Positions 8,608 through 18,671 of a stretch of 64,000 nt of DNA are shown one piece after another (the first letter of the stretch is position 1; each line of letters begins with the position of its first letter). This DNA comes from Candidatus Eiseniibacteriota bacterium (lineage in GTDB: Bacteria; Eisenbacteria; RBG-16-71-46; CAIMUX01; VGJL01). Under the pieces are notes generated by a model that ran no database searches, had not been told where the DNA came from, and saw only the letters and a list, made by a program, of their open reading frames with translations. Both the position numbers and the translations under genes were made by a program. The stretch covers positions 192,001 through 256,000 of the forward strand of contig CAWBWI010000001.1 of assembly GCA_963792585.1 (NCBI GenBank). Reading direction: 5' to 3'.

Positions 8608-11295
8608 ATGCTGAACGCCATCATCGTCGCCATCGTGCGCGCCCTGCTTTCCATGCGTTACCGCATCGAGGTCAGCGGTCTGGAGGCGATCGCCGCTCGA
8701 GGCAGGGAGAAAATCCTCTTTCTGCCGTCCCACCCGTCCCTGCTCGACCCAGTCATGGTGATTGCGGTGCTGAGCGGGGCTTTTGCGCCCCACTCGGTGG
8801 CCGACCAGGATGGCGGAATCAATGACACCGCGCTGTTCCGTTGGCTAGGCCGGCGTTTTCGCGTGCGGACCATGCCCCTGATGTTCAAGCATGGACCGCA
8901 GGCCCGGACGACAATCGAGCGTGTGATGGCCGAAAGCATGGCGGGCATGCGGGCCGGTGAAAACCTGCTGCTCTATCCCGCTGGGCATCTGCTGCGCAGT
9001 AACCGCGAGGAGCTGGCCGGCAACAGCGCCGTGCACTCCATCATGCAGGAGGTTCCCGGGGTTCGCGTCGTGCTCTGCCGCACCCGTGGCATCTGGGGGA
9101 GTTGCTTCAGCGCGGCCGGCGGAGATCAGGATCCCGACCTGGTTCGGGAGATGAAGACGCACCTGCCGTATATCCTGAAGAATCTCATCTTCTTCACCCC
9201 GCGCCGACGCGTCACGATGGAATTCATCGAACCGGCTGACTTGCCGCGCGAAGCTCACCGAGACACGCTGAATCGCTACCTTGAAGCGTTCTACAATCGG
9301 GAGCCGTTGCCGCGCCGTACTTGGGTGCCCTACTCGATGTGGGACAGGGGAGGAGCGCGCGAGCTGCCGGAACCGGCCGTCGGGCAAGCCGAAGTAAGTG
9401 TCTCCAGCGTTCCGGATGGCACTCGCGAAATCGTCACCCGGTACCTGCAGCAGCTCTCCGGCCTGGCCTCCGTCGGCGACGGCGACCGACTGGCGGTGGA
9501 ACTGGGAATGGACAGCCTGCTCATTGTCGAGGTCATGGTGTGGCTGCAGACGGAATTCGGCGCCTCCCCGGCCAACGTGGATTCGTTGCGGACCGTAGCG
9601 GATGTATTGCAGGCCGCGAGTGGCGAGTCCCTGGCTGCCGGCCACATCACCCTACATGCTGTGCCGCCGGCCTGGTTCTCTGTGACGAAAGAGGGCTCGC
9701 GGGTTTCCACACCGGCCGGGGAGACGATTACCGAGGTGTTTCTGCGGCAGGCGGCTCGGCACCCGGACCGCGTGATTATCGCCGATCAAATAGGTGGCGT
9801 GAAGACGTATCGCGATCTGGTGCTCTCCTGCCTGGCGTTGACACCGGAGATTTCCCGCCTTCCGGGAGAACGGGTGGGCATCATGTTGCCCGCCTCCACG
9901 GTCGCAACCGTCGTCTACCTGTCCACGCTCTTCGCCGGGAAAACGTCGGTGATGATCAACTGGACGGTGGGACGACGGAACGTGCTCCACGCCCTTGATC
10001 TAACGCAAGCGCAGGTGGTGCTCACTTCCCAGCGCCTCACCGACCGGCTGCTTTCACAGGGGGTCGATCTGGGGGAGGCGCGAGAGCGCTTTGTCTACCT
10101 GGAACGTCTGGGCGCCGGGATCAACCGGAGAGCGAAGCTGCGTGCCTATGTCCGGTCGAAGCTCTCGTGGGGTGTCTTGCAGAAGGCCACGATTTCGCCC
10201 ACGGCGGCCATCCTCTTCACCAGCGGATCGGAGAGTCTGCCCAAGGCCGTGCCGCTGTCTCACAGCAACCTGCTGAGCAATCTGCGCGACATCCTGCAGA
10301 TGATTTCGCTCACCGAGAACGATCGCCTCCTCGGTATGCTCCCGCCATTCCACTCCTTCGGACTAACGGGGAACCTGCTCCTCTCCGTGTGCGGGGGGCT
10401 GCCCACCGTCTTTCACGCCAACCCCACGGAAGGCGCCATGCTGGCCAAGCTGGTGGAAGCCTATGGGGTCTCGATGATCGTGGGCACGCCGACCTTCCTG
10501 AGCGGTGTGGCACGCGCGGGATCACCGGCACAACTGGCGAGTCTGCGACTGGCCTTCACCGGAGCGGAAGAATGTGCGGCGCGCGTCTGGCGGCTGCTGA
10601 AGGAGCGGTGTACGAATGCCGTCATCGTGGAGGGATACGGCATCACGGAGTGCTCGCCCATCGTGTCGGTCAATGACCCCGACGATCCGCACCCGTTCAC
10701 GATTGGGCGCCTGCTTCCCTCGGTGCAGATGGCTTTGCTGGACGTGGAGACCGGCGGGCCGGTGGCGTTCGGCACCCCCGGGATGCTGCTGGTCCGCGGC
10801 CCGAGTATCTTCTCGGGCTACCTGGGTGACGCCCCGAATCCCTTCGTGAGGCACGATGGACATGACTGGTATCGCACCGGCGACCTGGTGAGTGCCGATG
10901 CCGATGGCCTGCTCACCTTTCGTGGTCGTCTGAAGCGCTTTGTCAAGATCGGTGGGGAAATGATCTCGCTCCCCGCCATCGAGTCGACGCTGCTCGCGGC
11001 CATGAGCGAAGGGGCGGACGACGAATCGATCCTGGCTGTGGTGGCTACCGCCGCTACCGATCGCCCGGAACTCCTGCTCTATACGACCAGGGCAGTCGAG
11101 CGCGAGGAGGTGAACCTCCGTATCGGGGCCGCCGGTCTCTCCCCGCTGCACTACATCCGACGGGTCATCCAAGTGGATAGCATCCCGGTGCTCGGCACCG
11201 GCAAGACGGACTATCGGACGTTGCAGGAAGGGACGCCGGTCGCGGATGGCGGAGCTGCCGCCGCCCCTCGCGGGAGAGGCGACGGCTCCGGTTGA
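8608..11295 (+). CDS. Aas-like fusion: PlsC acyltransferase + acyl-carrier domain + AMP-binding acyl-ACP synthetase
   Basis: HPSLLD and LYPAG (acyltransferase); LGMDSL (phosphopantetheine site); FTSGSESLPK, EGYGITE, YRTGD, KIGGEMISL (ANL ligase). Confidence 0.85.
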   Translation: MLNAIIVAIVRALLSMRYRIEVSGLEAIAARGREKILFLPSHPSLLDPVMVIAVLSGAFAPHSVADQDGGINDTALFRWLGRRFRVRTMPLMFKHGPQARTTIERVMAESMAGMRAGENLLLYPAGHLLRSNREELAGNSAVHSIMQEVPGVRVVLCRTRGIWGSCFSAAGGDQDPDLVREMKTHLPYILKNLIFFTPRRRVTMEFIEPADLPREAHRDTLNRYLEAFYNREPLPRRTWVPYSMWDRGGARELPEPAVGQAEVSVSSVPDGTREIVTRYLQQLSGLASVGDGDRLAVELGMDSLLIVEVMVWLQTEFGASPANVDSLRTVADVLQAASGESLAAGHITLHAVPPAWFSVTKEGSRVSTPAGETITEVFLRQAARHPDRVIIADQIGGVKTYRDLVLSCLALTPEISRLPGERVGIMLPASTVATVVYLSTLFAGKTSVMINWTVGRRNVLHALDLTQAQVVLTSQRLTDRLLSQGVDLGEARERFVYLERLGAGINRRAKLRAYVRSKLSWGVLQKATISPTAAILFTSGSESLPKAVPLSHSNLLSNLRDILQMISLTENDRLLGMLPPFHSFGLTGNLLLSVCGGLPTVFHANPTEGAMLAKLVEAYGVSMIVGTPTFLSGVARAGSPAQLASLRLAFTGAEECAARVWRLLKERCTNAVIVEGYGITECSPIVSVNDPDDPHPFTIGRLLPSVQMALLDVETGGPVAFGTPGMLLVRGPSIFSGYLGDAPNPFVRHDGHDWYRTGDLVSADADGLLTFRGRLKRFVKIGGEMISLPAIESTLLAAMSEGADDESILAVVATAATDRPELLLYTTRAVEREEVNLRIGAAGLSPLHYIRRVIQVDSIPVLGTGKTDYRTLQEGTPVADGGAAAAPRGRGDGSG

Positions 11296-11408
11296 TCCGC
11301 TCGGCCCCGACCCAGAAGAGCCCGCGCTCGACATTCCCCCGTTGTCGTGCCCGCGGTTCCCATACTTCTCCATCAGCCAGAGCTCGTTCGCGTCCAAATG
11401 GACCGACG

Positions 11409-12086
11409 CTACGTGTGGATCCGTCCGGCCAGGATCGATGCCGCAGCGATCGTTCCCAAGCCCGCACAGGCATGCGAGACAATGGGGACGGCCGGACCAC
11501 CCAGGCGCCTCACTAGTGCCCGCCACGCGCACCCCATGCCGGCCAGGAGCAGGACCACGGGAAGGACCCAGAACCAAGGCATGAAGGCGATCAGCACGAT
11601 ACTGTGGTATCCGGCGAATGCCAGATCGGAGAAAGCTGGACCGGATCGTCCGGATGTCAGGGTACATCTCCAAAACAGCTCCTCTAGGATCGGATGCACG
11701 AGGACATACCAGAGGCCGAAGAGCCACCAGGACCCCTGCGTGAACCCCAGGCGAGCGAGCTGTCCCGACAGGTCGCCCGGATTGCGCGCCACGAATCGCC
11801 AGAGCAGCAACAGGGCACCTCCGTTGAAAAAACAGACCAGCGCTAGCCCGAGCCCCCAGCATGTCGACCAACCCCGGCATGCCTCAATGCGGGCCGACTT
11901 GAGGCCTCGTCGAAACACCACCGCAGCGATGGCGGCGTGGTAGAGCAGCAGCGCGGCCCAGGCCGAATGGATCAGATGGATGCCGAGCGCGCAGGATAGG
12001 TAGGGAGCGAGAGCCGCGAGCAGTGCCGCCGGATAGAATTCGCCTTTGTCACTCGTGGGCACGCCGGTGTTGCCGATGGGACGCAA
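11409..12086 (-). CDS. CPBP (CAAX/Abi) family intramembrane glutamic protease
   Basis: Multi-TM protein with EELFWR, AGYH and SH motifs; start uncertain. Confidence 0.75.
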   Translation of the reverse strand: MRPIGNTGVPTSDKGEFYPAALLAALAPYLSCALGIHLIHSAWAALLLYHAAIAAVVFRRGLKSARIEACRGWSTCWGLGLALVCFFNGGALLLLWRFVARNPGDLSGQLARLGFTQGSWWLFGLWYVLVHPILEELFWRCTLTSGRSGPAFSDLAFAGYHSIVLIAFMPWFWVLPVVLLLAGMGCAWRALVRRLGGPAVPIVSHACAGLGTIAAASILAGRIHT

Positions 12087-13072
12087 CCGAGATCTTCCTC
12101 CGGGCTGGGGCCATGGTGAGAGGGTCTGGATCCATATCCTTCGCCCACAATGCTACCGCCAACCGCTACGGCTGTCAGCCGTCCCTGCCCGTCCCGAAGT
12201 CTCAAGTAGTCGAGGTGAAACGCATGATGGTCGGGTCCGTGAGCGCGAAGGTGGGACGTCCTTCAGAAAGAATCAAGTCGCCGCAAGGATGGGGTCGGAT
12301 CCAAAAAACAGAGAATTGTCCGAAGACTGTCCTCTCTGGGGAGCCGCTGATCCAAGCCACGAGCTTATCGTGGCGAGAACGGTGAACGGAGCCTCGGTGG
12401 TGCATGCCATCGGGGCTCGTTCTTATCCGCAGAAACGCGTGCGTGTTGCGGTGGTGACGCGGCGATGCGGATTCTCTGTTTCGAAACTATATCGAGCGTA
12501 ACCGGAGAGAACCCTCCGTTTCTGGTGACCAAGAGGTCGAAACTCTCTCCGTCTCCGTTCTCTACCCGCCAATGGTGAACGACCCGGTTCGCTCCGGGGT
12601 ACCAGAGAGGACTCTTTTCGAACTACCACTCGCGAATCGACGTAACCGCAATGGCATCAACGAAGACGACTCCCGACCGGTGAACGCTCCACACCCCTGG
12701 TAGATGGTGCTGGAGTCGCTGCCTCGATCGCGGTATCCTCGTTGCGAATTCTCCAGACGCATTCGCCGCCCGACCGCGACGATGAGCGCCAGTCCGGTGC
12801 ACGCGGGATCGAGGTTCTGGAGTCAAGTATGCAGGTCGCAGTTTTCTATCGTGCCCCAGAGGAGCCTCTTGCCCGAGAGGTCAGAGGGGCTCGTGCATCC
12901 AAGGGCCAAGCTCCGGCCCCGAGCACTCATCTCCGACCACGTCTGGACCACACTTCCTCAGCATCCTTTCCAGCGGGTATTCCGACACCACAGCGAATGC
13001 TCAAGGTGACAGTGATGGTGCGAACCGCTCGCAGTGCTGGCCGCATTGGGAGCATGTAGGAGGTCGCAGGCC

Positions 13073-14752
13073 ATGAGACACACAGGATGGTGCTCATCTG
13101 CGCGAGTCTTACTTCTCCAGGCTCTGATAACGCTCGTCGGGATCGCCCTATCGTCATCGGCCCGGGCAGGCCGCAATGCCAACGGTGCTCTGGTAGTGCA
13201 CGTCCTGGAGCGCATTAACGGATACACAGTCTGTGATCTCGGGCCTTCACAAGTCTGTTCCCGGACGTTGCCTACTGCGTGCGCGGATCTCCTCACGGAG
13301 GTTACAGACGACGTTCCCACTCTCTACATCCTTGCAAGTTTCACGGAGATATCCTCGCCGGGGGTCAGCGCCATCCGGTTCGGGATCACTCACAACCTTC
13401 CCAGCGAGTATTGGATCGTGGCGAGGTGCTCGAACCCCTGCATCGAGGATGCAGTTGAGTATCCGGACCCGGACTGGCCGCTGGGTAGCGGACAGGGCCG
13501 GTCGGGCAACAGCGTCGTGTTCAGCTCGCCAGTCTACGATCGATTTTTCAAGTTCTACTACTTCGGGCTCGAGGGGATCTGGTACGACGGGGGGCCGTAC
13601 TTCTTCGCGACCTCGCCTTACAGCGAGATGGAGCCCGCCCTCTTCTACGATGACGCTACGCCCCCCAACACGGACATCTGCGCTAACTTCGGTATCGTGC
13701 GGTGGCTCCAGATGGGCTACAACCAGTGCCCGCACGACACGTTGGGTGCATGCTGCTTCGAGGATGGGACGTGTGAGGTAATACTCGGTGCGGCATGCAG
13801 TGCCCAACACGGGACCTTCCTGGGGTACTTCACCACCTGTGACTCAGTTTACTGTCCCCAGCCCCAAGCGTGCTGCCTGTGCGATGGGGAGTGTCGGTTT
13901 CTCGTCGCGTCGGCGTGTGAGGGTCTGAGCGGTGAGCCCCAAGGCGGAGGCACCACGTGTGATCCGAGTCCGTGCCAAACGTCCGAAGCCTGCTGTATCG
14001 AGGATGGTACTTGCCTCTTCACCACACCGTGCCTGTGTCGGCAGGCTGGCGGCCTACCGTGGGGTGCAGGGACAGTGTGCGATCCGAATCCGTGCTCGGC
14101 ATTTGAGGCTTGTTGTTTCCCGGACGGCACCTGTCAGTTCACGGCCCCATTGACTTGTCAGCAAATGGGCGGGCTATCTTGGGGCCCGGGGACCTTATGC
14201 GATCCGAATCCCTGCCCGCAGCCTAGAGCGTGCTGCTTCCCCGACGGCCACTGCGACATCATTCTTGCGCCGCAGTGCGTCGCTGACGGTGGTCTGCCGC
14301 AGGGGGAGAGGGAATGCGAGCCAAACCCTTGTCTCGTAGGAGCCTGCTGCATCAACGATGCCTGTGAAATCTACTCGTCTGCGAACTGCGCCTCACATGA
14401 CGGCGTCTACATGGGCGACGGGACGCTGTGCAGCCCGAATCCTTGCGTCTCATCGATCGACGATGCATCAGAGATCCCCTCACTTCATCTCTCGGCGTTG
14501 CCCAATCCCAGCACAGGGCAGGTCGTGATCCGGTACCATCTACCCGAGCCTACGACGGTCACAATCGAAGTGTTCAACGCGGCGGGGGAATTGTTGTGGC
14601 GGGTGTCGGAGGGCGTACAGGCAGCAGGCCAACACTCCATGCGGTGGGATGGCAAGGATGACAACGGGGACGATGTGCCATCGGGGGTGTATGTCGCGAG
14701 GATCGTGACGACAGTGGGAGCCTTGACGGAGCGGCTTGTATTGATGAGATGA
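13073..14752 (+). CDS. Secreted protein: N-terminal GxNAxGxLxVH domain, 6 Cys-rich repeats, FlgD-Ig CTD
   Basis: AGGAGG RBS, signal peptide, six ACCxxDGxC...CxPNPC repeats, C-terminal PNPS...WDGKDDNG...SGVY. Confidence 0.8.
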   Translation: MRHTGWCSSARVLLLQALITLVGIALSSSARAGRNANGALVVHVLERINGYTVCDLGPSQVCSRTLPTACADLLTEVTDDVPTLYILASFTEISSPGVSAIRFGITHNLPSEYWIVARCSNPCIEDAVEYPDPDWPLGSGQGRSGNSVVFSSPVYDRFFKFYYFGLEGIWYDGGPYFFATSPYSEMEPALFYDDATPPNTDICANFGIVRWLQMGYNQCPHDTLGACCFEDGTCEVILGAACSAQHGTFLGYFTTCDSVYCPQPQACCLCDGECRFLVASACEGLSGEPQGGGTTCDPSPCQTSEACCIEDGTCLFTTPCLCRQAGGLPWGAGTVCDPNPCSAFEACCFPDGTCQFTAPLTCQQMGGLSWGPGTLCDPNPCPQPRACCFPDGHCDIILAPQCVADGGLPQGERECEPNPCLVGACCINDACEIYSSANCASHDGVYMGDGTLCSPNPCVSSIDDASEIPSLHLSALPNPSTGQVVIRYHLPEPTTVTIEVFNAAGELLWRVSEGVQAAGQHSMRWDGKDDNGDDVPSGVYVARIVTTVGALTERLVLMR

Positions 14753-14767
14753 GGTGGAGCGACCCTG

Positions 14768-14822
14768 GTCAAGCCTCTGGGTCAGTGGGGCGATCTTCTA
14801 TCTGCCATGAGAGGGGATCGCC
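14768..14822 (+). repeat. Conserved 3' hairpin element, copy 1 (terminator-like)
   Basis: GGGGCGATCTTCTATC-TGCCAT-GAGAGGGGATCGCC; GCGATC core 38 nt after the stop; related copies at 18.6, 27.6 and 34.9 kb. Confidence 0.7.
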
Positions 14823-15408
14823 TGTCCCTTCCAAGTACCTCGTCCACGTTGCCTGATGTGCCGTTAGCGTCGGACCCGCGACAGGCCCATCGCAACGCAC
14901 CTCGAACTCGCGGTCTCGTGGCTGACGCCGATACGACCGGAACATATCGACCGTGGGGGCGCGGAGCGCGGGGATCGCTGGGGGCGGAGCAGCGGCCTAC
15001 ACCAACACGTGCGCGGAGACGGAAGCGCCAAGTGCAGCCAAGGGTCTCGGCCAAAGACGCGCTACCGTCCCCTAGCGGGACCGCACTCGCGCCCCTTGGA
15101 CACCGTGTAACCACAATCACCGTAATCCGGACAGAGATTTCGCGGACTATGGGAGTGCGCTTTCCGGTTTCTCGGATTAAGTCATGCGTAGACCCGATCC
15201 GACACGCACTCGTAAGTTACCGCGTCCGACTTCGACTTAGGTTCCCAAAACCCAGCGCAGTACAATAGACGGCGCAGAATCCAAGTCCTCGCCGACGGAG
15301 ATCGTTGTCGTCCGATCGTGGATCAAGTGAGGGTGATGCCATAGATCCTGTCACAGCAATCGCAATCGCGATCGGCAATGCCGGAACGCGATGGAAGGAT
15401 GTTCAGCC

Positions 15409-16566
15409 ATGTTTCGGATTCGCGAAGCCACATGGTTCTTCGGAACCTGTCTGTGTGCCGTCCTGTCTGCTACCGTCCTCGTCCTTGTCGCCCTGGCCAT
15501 AGTTCCGGGAGATTCCGCAGCGCAGTGCCAGCCCACGTTCCTGCTGAAGTGGGGAACCAACGGTTCCGGCGACGGGCAGTTCAACGAACCCTTTGGGATT
15601 GCAGCGGATGCCGGGGGGAACATCTACGTCTCTGATTACTACAACGACCGCATCCAGAAATTCAGCGACGATGGTACCTACCTGACCCAGTGGGGTTCAG
15701 CCGGCAGTGGCAATGGGCAGTTCAACCATCCACGCCACATCGCCGTCGATGTTTTCGGTGACGTCTACGTTGTCGATACGAACAACAACCGCATCCAGAA
15801 GTTCAGTAGCTTTGGGACCTACTTGACCCAGTGGGGCTCGTCGGGCAGTGGCAATGGACGATTCAATCTCCCGGAAGGAATTGCCACCGACGGTGACGGG
15901 AACGTCTACGTCGCGGATGCGCACAATAATCGGGTCCAGAAGTTTACGAGCACCGGCGCCTACATCGGCCAGTGGGGTTCCTACGGCAGTGGCAATGGTG
16001 AGTTCGACGTTCCCCTAGGAATCACGGTCGACGATGCCAACGATGCCGTCTACGTCACGGAACTGTATAACCCGCGTGTCCAGAAATTCACCATGAACGG
16101 AGCGTACCTTACGCAGTGGGGTTCCTATGGGAGTGGAGATGGGCAGTTCGACAGACCTGAGGACCTTGCTACGGATGCCGCAGGCGATGTCTATGTGACG
16201 GATCTGCGACACCACCGCGTCGAGAAATTCACGGGAATGGGGGACTACCTATGCCAGTGGGGTTCGTTCGGCAGCAGTGACGGACAGTTCTACTACACCA
16301 ACGGAATCGCAATCGATGGTGCTGGGAGCATCTATGTGGTGGACCAGTACAACCACCGGATTCAGAAATTCGGCTACGTTTCCTCCGGTGCTTGCTGCTT
16401 TGCGGATGGGGCGTGCGAAATCCTGCAGCAGCAGCAATGCACGGACCAACACGGAACCTACCAGGGCGAAGGCACGACGTGCGATCCAAATCCGTGTGAG
16501 CCGACGCCGGTTCAGCTGACCACCTGGGGTCGCGTCAAGGCGAACTTCCGGGACCCGACCAGATAA
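15409..16566 (+). CDS. Secreted NHL-repeat 6-bladed beta-propeller + one Cys repeat + TTWG tail
   Basis: Six WGSxGSGxGQFxxPxGIAxD...NxRIQKF repeats, GACCFADG repeat, PTPVQLTTWGRVKANFR; alternative start at 15391. Confidence 0.88.
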   Translation: MFRIREATWFFGTCLCAVLSATVLVLVALAIVPGDSAAQCQPTFLLKWGTNGSGDGQFNEPFGIAADAGGNIYVSDYYNDRIQKFSDDGTYLTQWGSAGSGNGQFNHPRHIAVDVFGDVYVVDTNNNRIQKFSSFGTYLTQWGSSGSGNGRFNLPEGIATDGDGNVYVADAHNNRVQKFTSTGAYIGQWGSYGSGNGEFDVPLGITVDDANDAVYVTELYNPRVQKFTMNGAYLTQWGSYGSGDGQFDRPEDLATDAAGDVYVTDLRHHRVEKFTGMGDYLCQWGSFGSSDGQFYYTNGIAIDGAGSIYVVDQYNHRIQKFGYVSSGACCFADGACEILQQQQCTDQHGTYQGEGTTCDPNPCEPTPVQLTTWGRVKANFRDPTR

Positions 16567-16672
16567 GGCTGGTCAGGAGGGAGGAGGACGGCGAGTCTTC
16601 TGAAACCCTGTTTGTCGTCCAGTGGGTGAAAGTCCCACCCGATCAGAGCTGAGCCTGGCAGATCGAAAGCGA
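16553..16672 (+). mobile_element. Group II intron 5' (domain I)-like fragment
   Basis: CGACCAGATAAGGCTGGTC hairpin, GAAACCCTG, and GTGGGTGAAAGTCCCAC stem-loop typical of group II domain I. The GTGCG start is degenerate; no RT, D5 or D6 seen. Confidence 0.5.
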
Positions 16673-16736
16673 GGAGCCGACCGATCATCCGAGCTTTGCG
16701 GTCGGACCCGCGTGGCCCAACCCCGAGCGCAGTAGA

Positions 16737-16880
16737 ATGGTGAGCATCATGATCCGAATCCTCCGTCCGGGAATGATCGCCGTCTCCGTGCACGATGTTG
16801 CCGGGCGGATCGTGTCACGGAATGCGGGCGAGCCGGTTGGGGCAGGAGATCAGGGGATCGCCTGGGGGGTCGACGGCTTC
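16737..16880 (+). pseudogene. Orphan degenerate FlgD-Ig CTD fragment
   Basis: VSVHDVAGRIV...AGDQGIAWG resembles the IYDVxGRxVR...AGxHxIxWDG core of the other CTDs. Confidence 0.45.
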
Positions 16881-17102
16881 GGGGCCGGGTTGCAGGCCGC
16901 AAGAGCGGGAAATGCGGTCCGGTGGGGGGACCGGCCGAGTGACCGACCCCCCGAAACCGGTTCCGTTCCGAAGCTGGGATTCCTGCGGTCCACGCGCCTC
17001 AGCAAGGCGAGTACGACTCGCGATACCTGTCATATACCTTCCCGCAACAAGCCCGAACCGCGCGTCGGAGGCCGGGTTGCGGCGGGGGAGTACTCCTCGA
17101 GA

Positions 17103-18170
17103 CTACTGGGGATAGTTAGGATCCCCAACGGTCCCAGGGACGTAGTCGCCGTGCGCAAGGTGCGCGGGTAGCGCCTCCATGGCAATGGAGATCATCTTGT
17201 AGTTGCCGTTATTCATAAGGTGCGCCACGGTGACCTTGGTCGGCATGATGTCGCCGCCGTGGTTCTGTACCCCCGTCTCGGCGTAGCCGACGAGTGTTGC
17301 CTGGCCCGTGGTCGTATCGATCCTCATGACTGGAGCATTGATAAAGCCCATGCACCAACTGAATCCCCGAATCGCCGATCCCCAGAGGACGTCGTTCCGG
17401 TCAAAGGCGATGTCCATCACCTCGATGTAGGGCCAATCTTCGGAACACTCATCGCCGGGGATGTTGTCCTGCGGCACCCCGATGATGTCACACACGAAGG
17501 TCGAGTGCCCGTCCGTCGTGTCGAGAAGGAAGAGCTTGTTTTCGCAGGTGGTCCAGCACCGATTCTGTGAGTCGAAGGCGAGATCCATCCAGCGACCTGC
17601 GAATTCGCCACCGGTCCCGTTACGGGTGTCGCCGACCTCTTCCGTTTCACCCGTAGCCTTGTTGACGCGCCAGAGGCTGTAGCCGCCCCACCAGCTTGCA
17701 CTGTCCGGGAACTCGGGCGGACCCACCGTAAAGCCGGTCTCGTACAGGACCCCGTTCCTATCGATGTCGGCCCCTGCGAAGATCAGAGGGTAGACCTGGT
17801 TCAGGTTTACCGGGGTGACCGCACCGGACTCCATGTCGATCCTCGCGAGAATCGAGGCGTTCTGACCCTCGTAGAAGGCCATCATGGCATAACAGGTGCC
17901 ATCCAGATCGAACGTATACCCAAACGTGCCTCCGTATGTCCCATCGATAATGGACAAGAGCGTTCCCCGACCCGTGCGGGTGTCGATCTTCTGAATATGC
18001 GTGCCATCAAGTGCCCAGCCGATAGTCCACAACTGGGGATGTCCGTTACCAACGGCCGGATTCCCCTCGACATCCGGCATCAGCGTATCCGGCGCGGAGG
18101 TCTCCTCAGCGCAGCCGGACACCAAGAGAAGCCCAAAGGACACTGCTACGATCAGCAGTAGAACTTTCAT
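17103..18170 (-). CDS. Lipoprotein, beta-propeller-like, with C-terminal AHLAHGD mini-domain
   Basis: AGGAGGA RBS, lipobox LVSGC, repeats of IDxxTGxxTxV and DxAFDxxxxL. Confidence 0.75.
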   Translation of the reverse strand: MKVLLLIVAVSFGLLLVSGCAEETSAPDTLMPDVEGNPAVGNGHPQLWTIGWALDGTHIQKIDTRTGRGTLLSIIDGTYGGTFGYTFDLDGTCYAMMAFYEGQNASILARIDMESGAVTPVNLNQVYPLIFAGADIDRNGVLYETGFTVGPPEFPDSASWWGGYSLWRVNKATGETEEVGDTRNGTGGEFAGRWMDLAFDSQNRCWTTCENKLFLLDTTDGHSTFVCDIIGVPQDNIPGDECSEDWPYIEVMDIAFDRNDVLWGSAIRGFSWCMGFINAPVMRIDTTTGQATLVGYAETGVQNHGGDIMPTKVTVAHLMNNGNYKMISIAMEALPAHLAHGDYVPGTVGDPNYPQ

Positions 18171-18600
18171 GGGACTGTCCTCCTAGCGACAGAATCTCGG
18201 GTAGAATACAAGCACCCTGCCTCGACGCGCGAGGGGAGCTTAGTGGCTTCTTGATTGCCAGTCAAGCCCAGCCTTCACGCACAGCATGATGCGGCTTGCT
18301 GCGGATGGCACCACTCTCGAAACCAGGCCCTACGATCCGTCGTTGTATCCGCAGAAACGCATCCGTTTTGCGAGAGTGTGTGCGCGCGGCGAACTCCCTA
18401 TTCGTGAAGTGCATCGAGCGCACTTTTCTGACATGGGAGAGGGTCACTCGTTCGTCATGTGCCGAGCCGCATCACTCTGGTCCGCTGGACTTGGCTGCTG
18501 GGCGCGGGGTGCAGGGTAAGCGATCAACCGACGGAGTCCGCTGAATTGGGATGACCGGAGCCACGCCCGGTCTTCCCGGCAACCCTCGGCCGACATGAAG

Positions 18601-18655
18601 GGAGGCGATCCTCCACATTCGGGAGAGGATCGCCTCCACAACCCTTTACTCGATT
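18601..18655 (-). repeat. Conserved 3' hairpin element, divergent copy 2
   Basis: On the minus strand GGAGGCGATCCTCTCC...GGAGGATCGCCTCC, with the GCGATC core 39 nt after the stop at 18672. Confidence 0.6.
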
Positions 18656-18671
18656 CAGGGTGATCGCGTGA

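Noticed and set aside
12100..13030. Short ORFs in the 12.1-13.0 kb spacer (and 14.8-15.3 kb)
   Set aside because: No RBS, motif or coding-like composition that I can support
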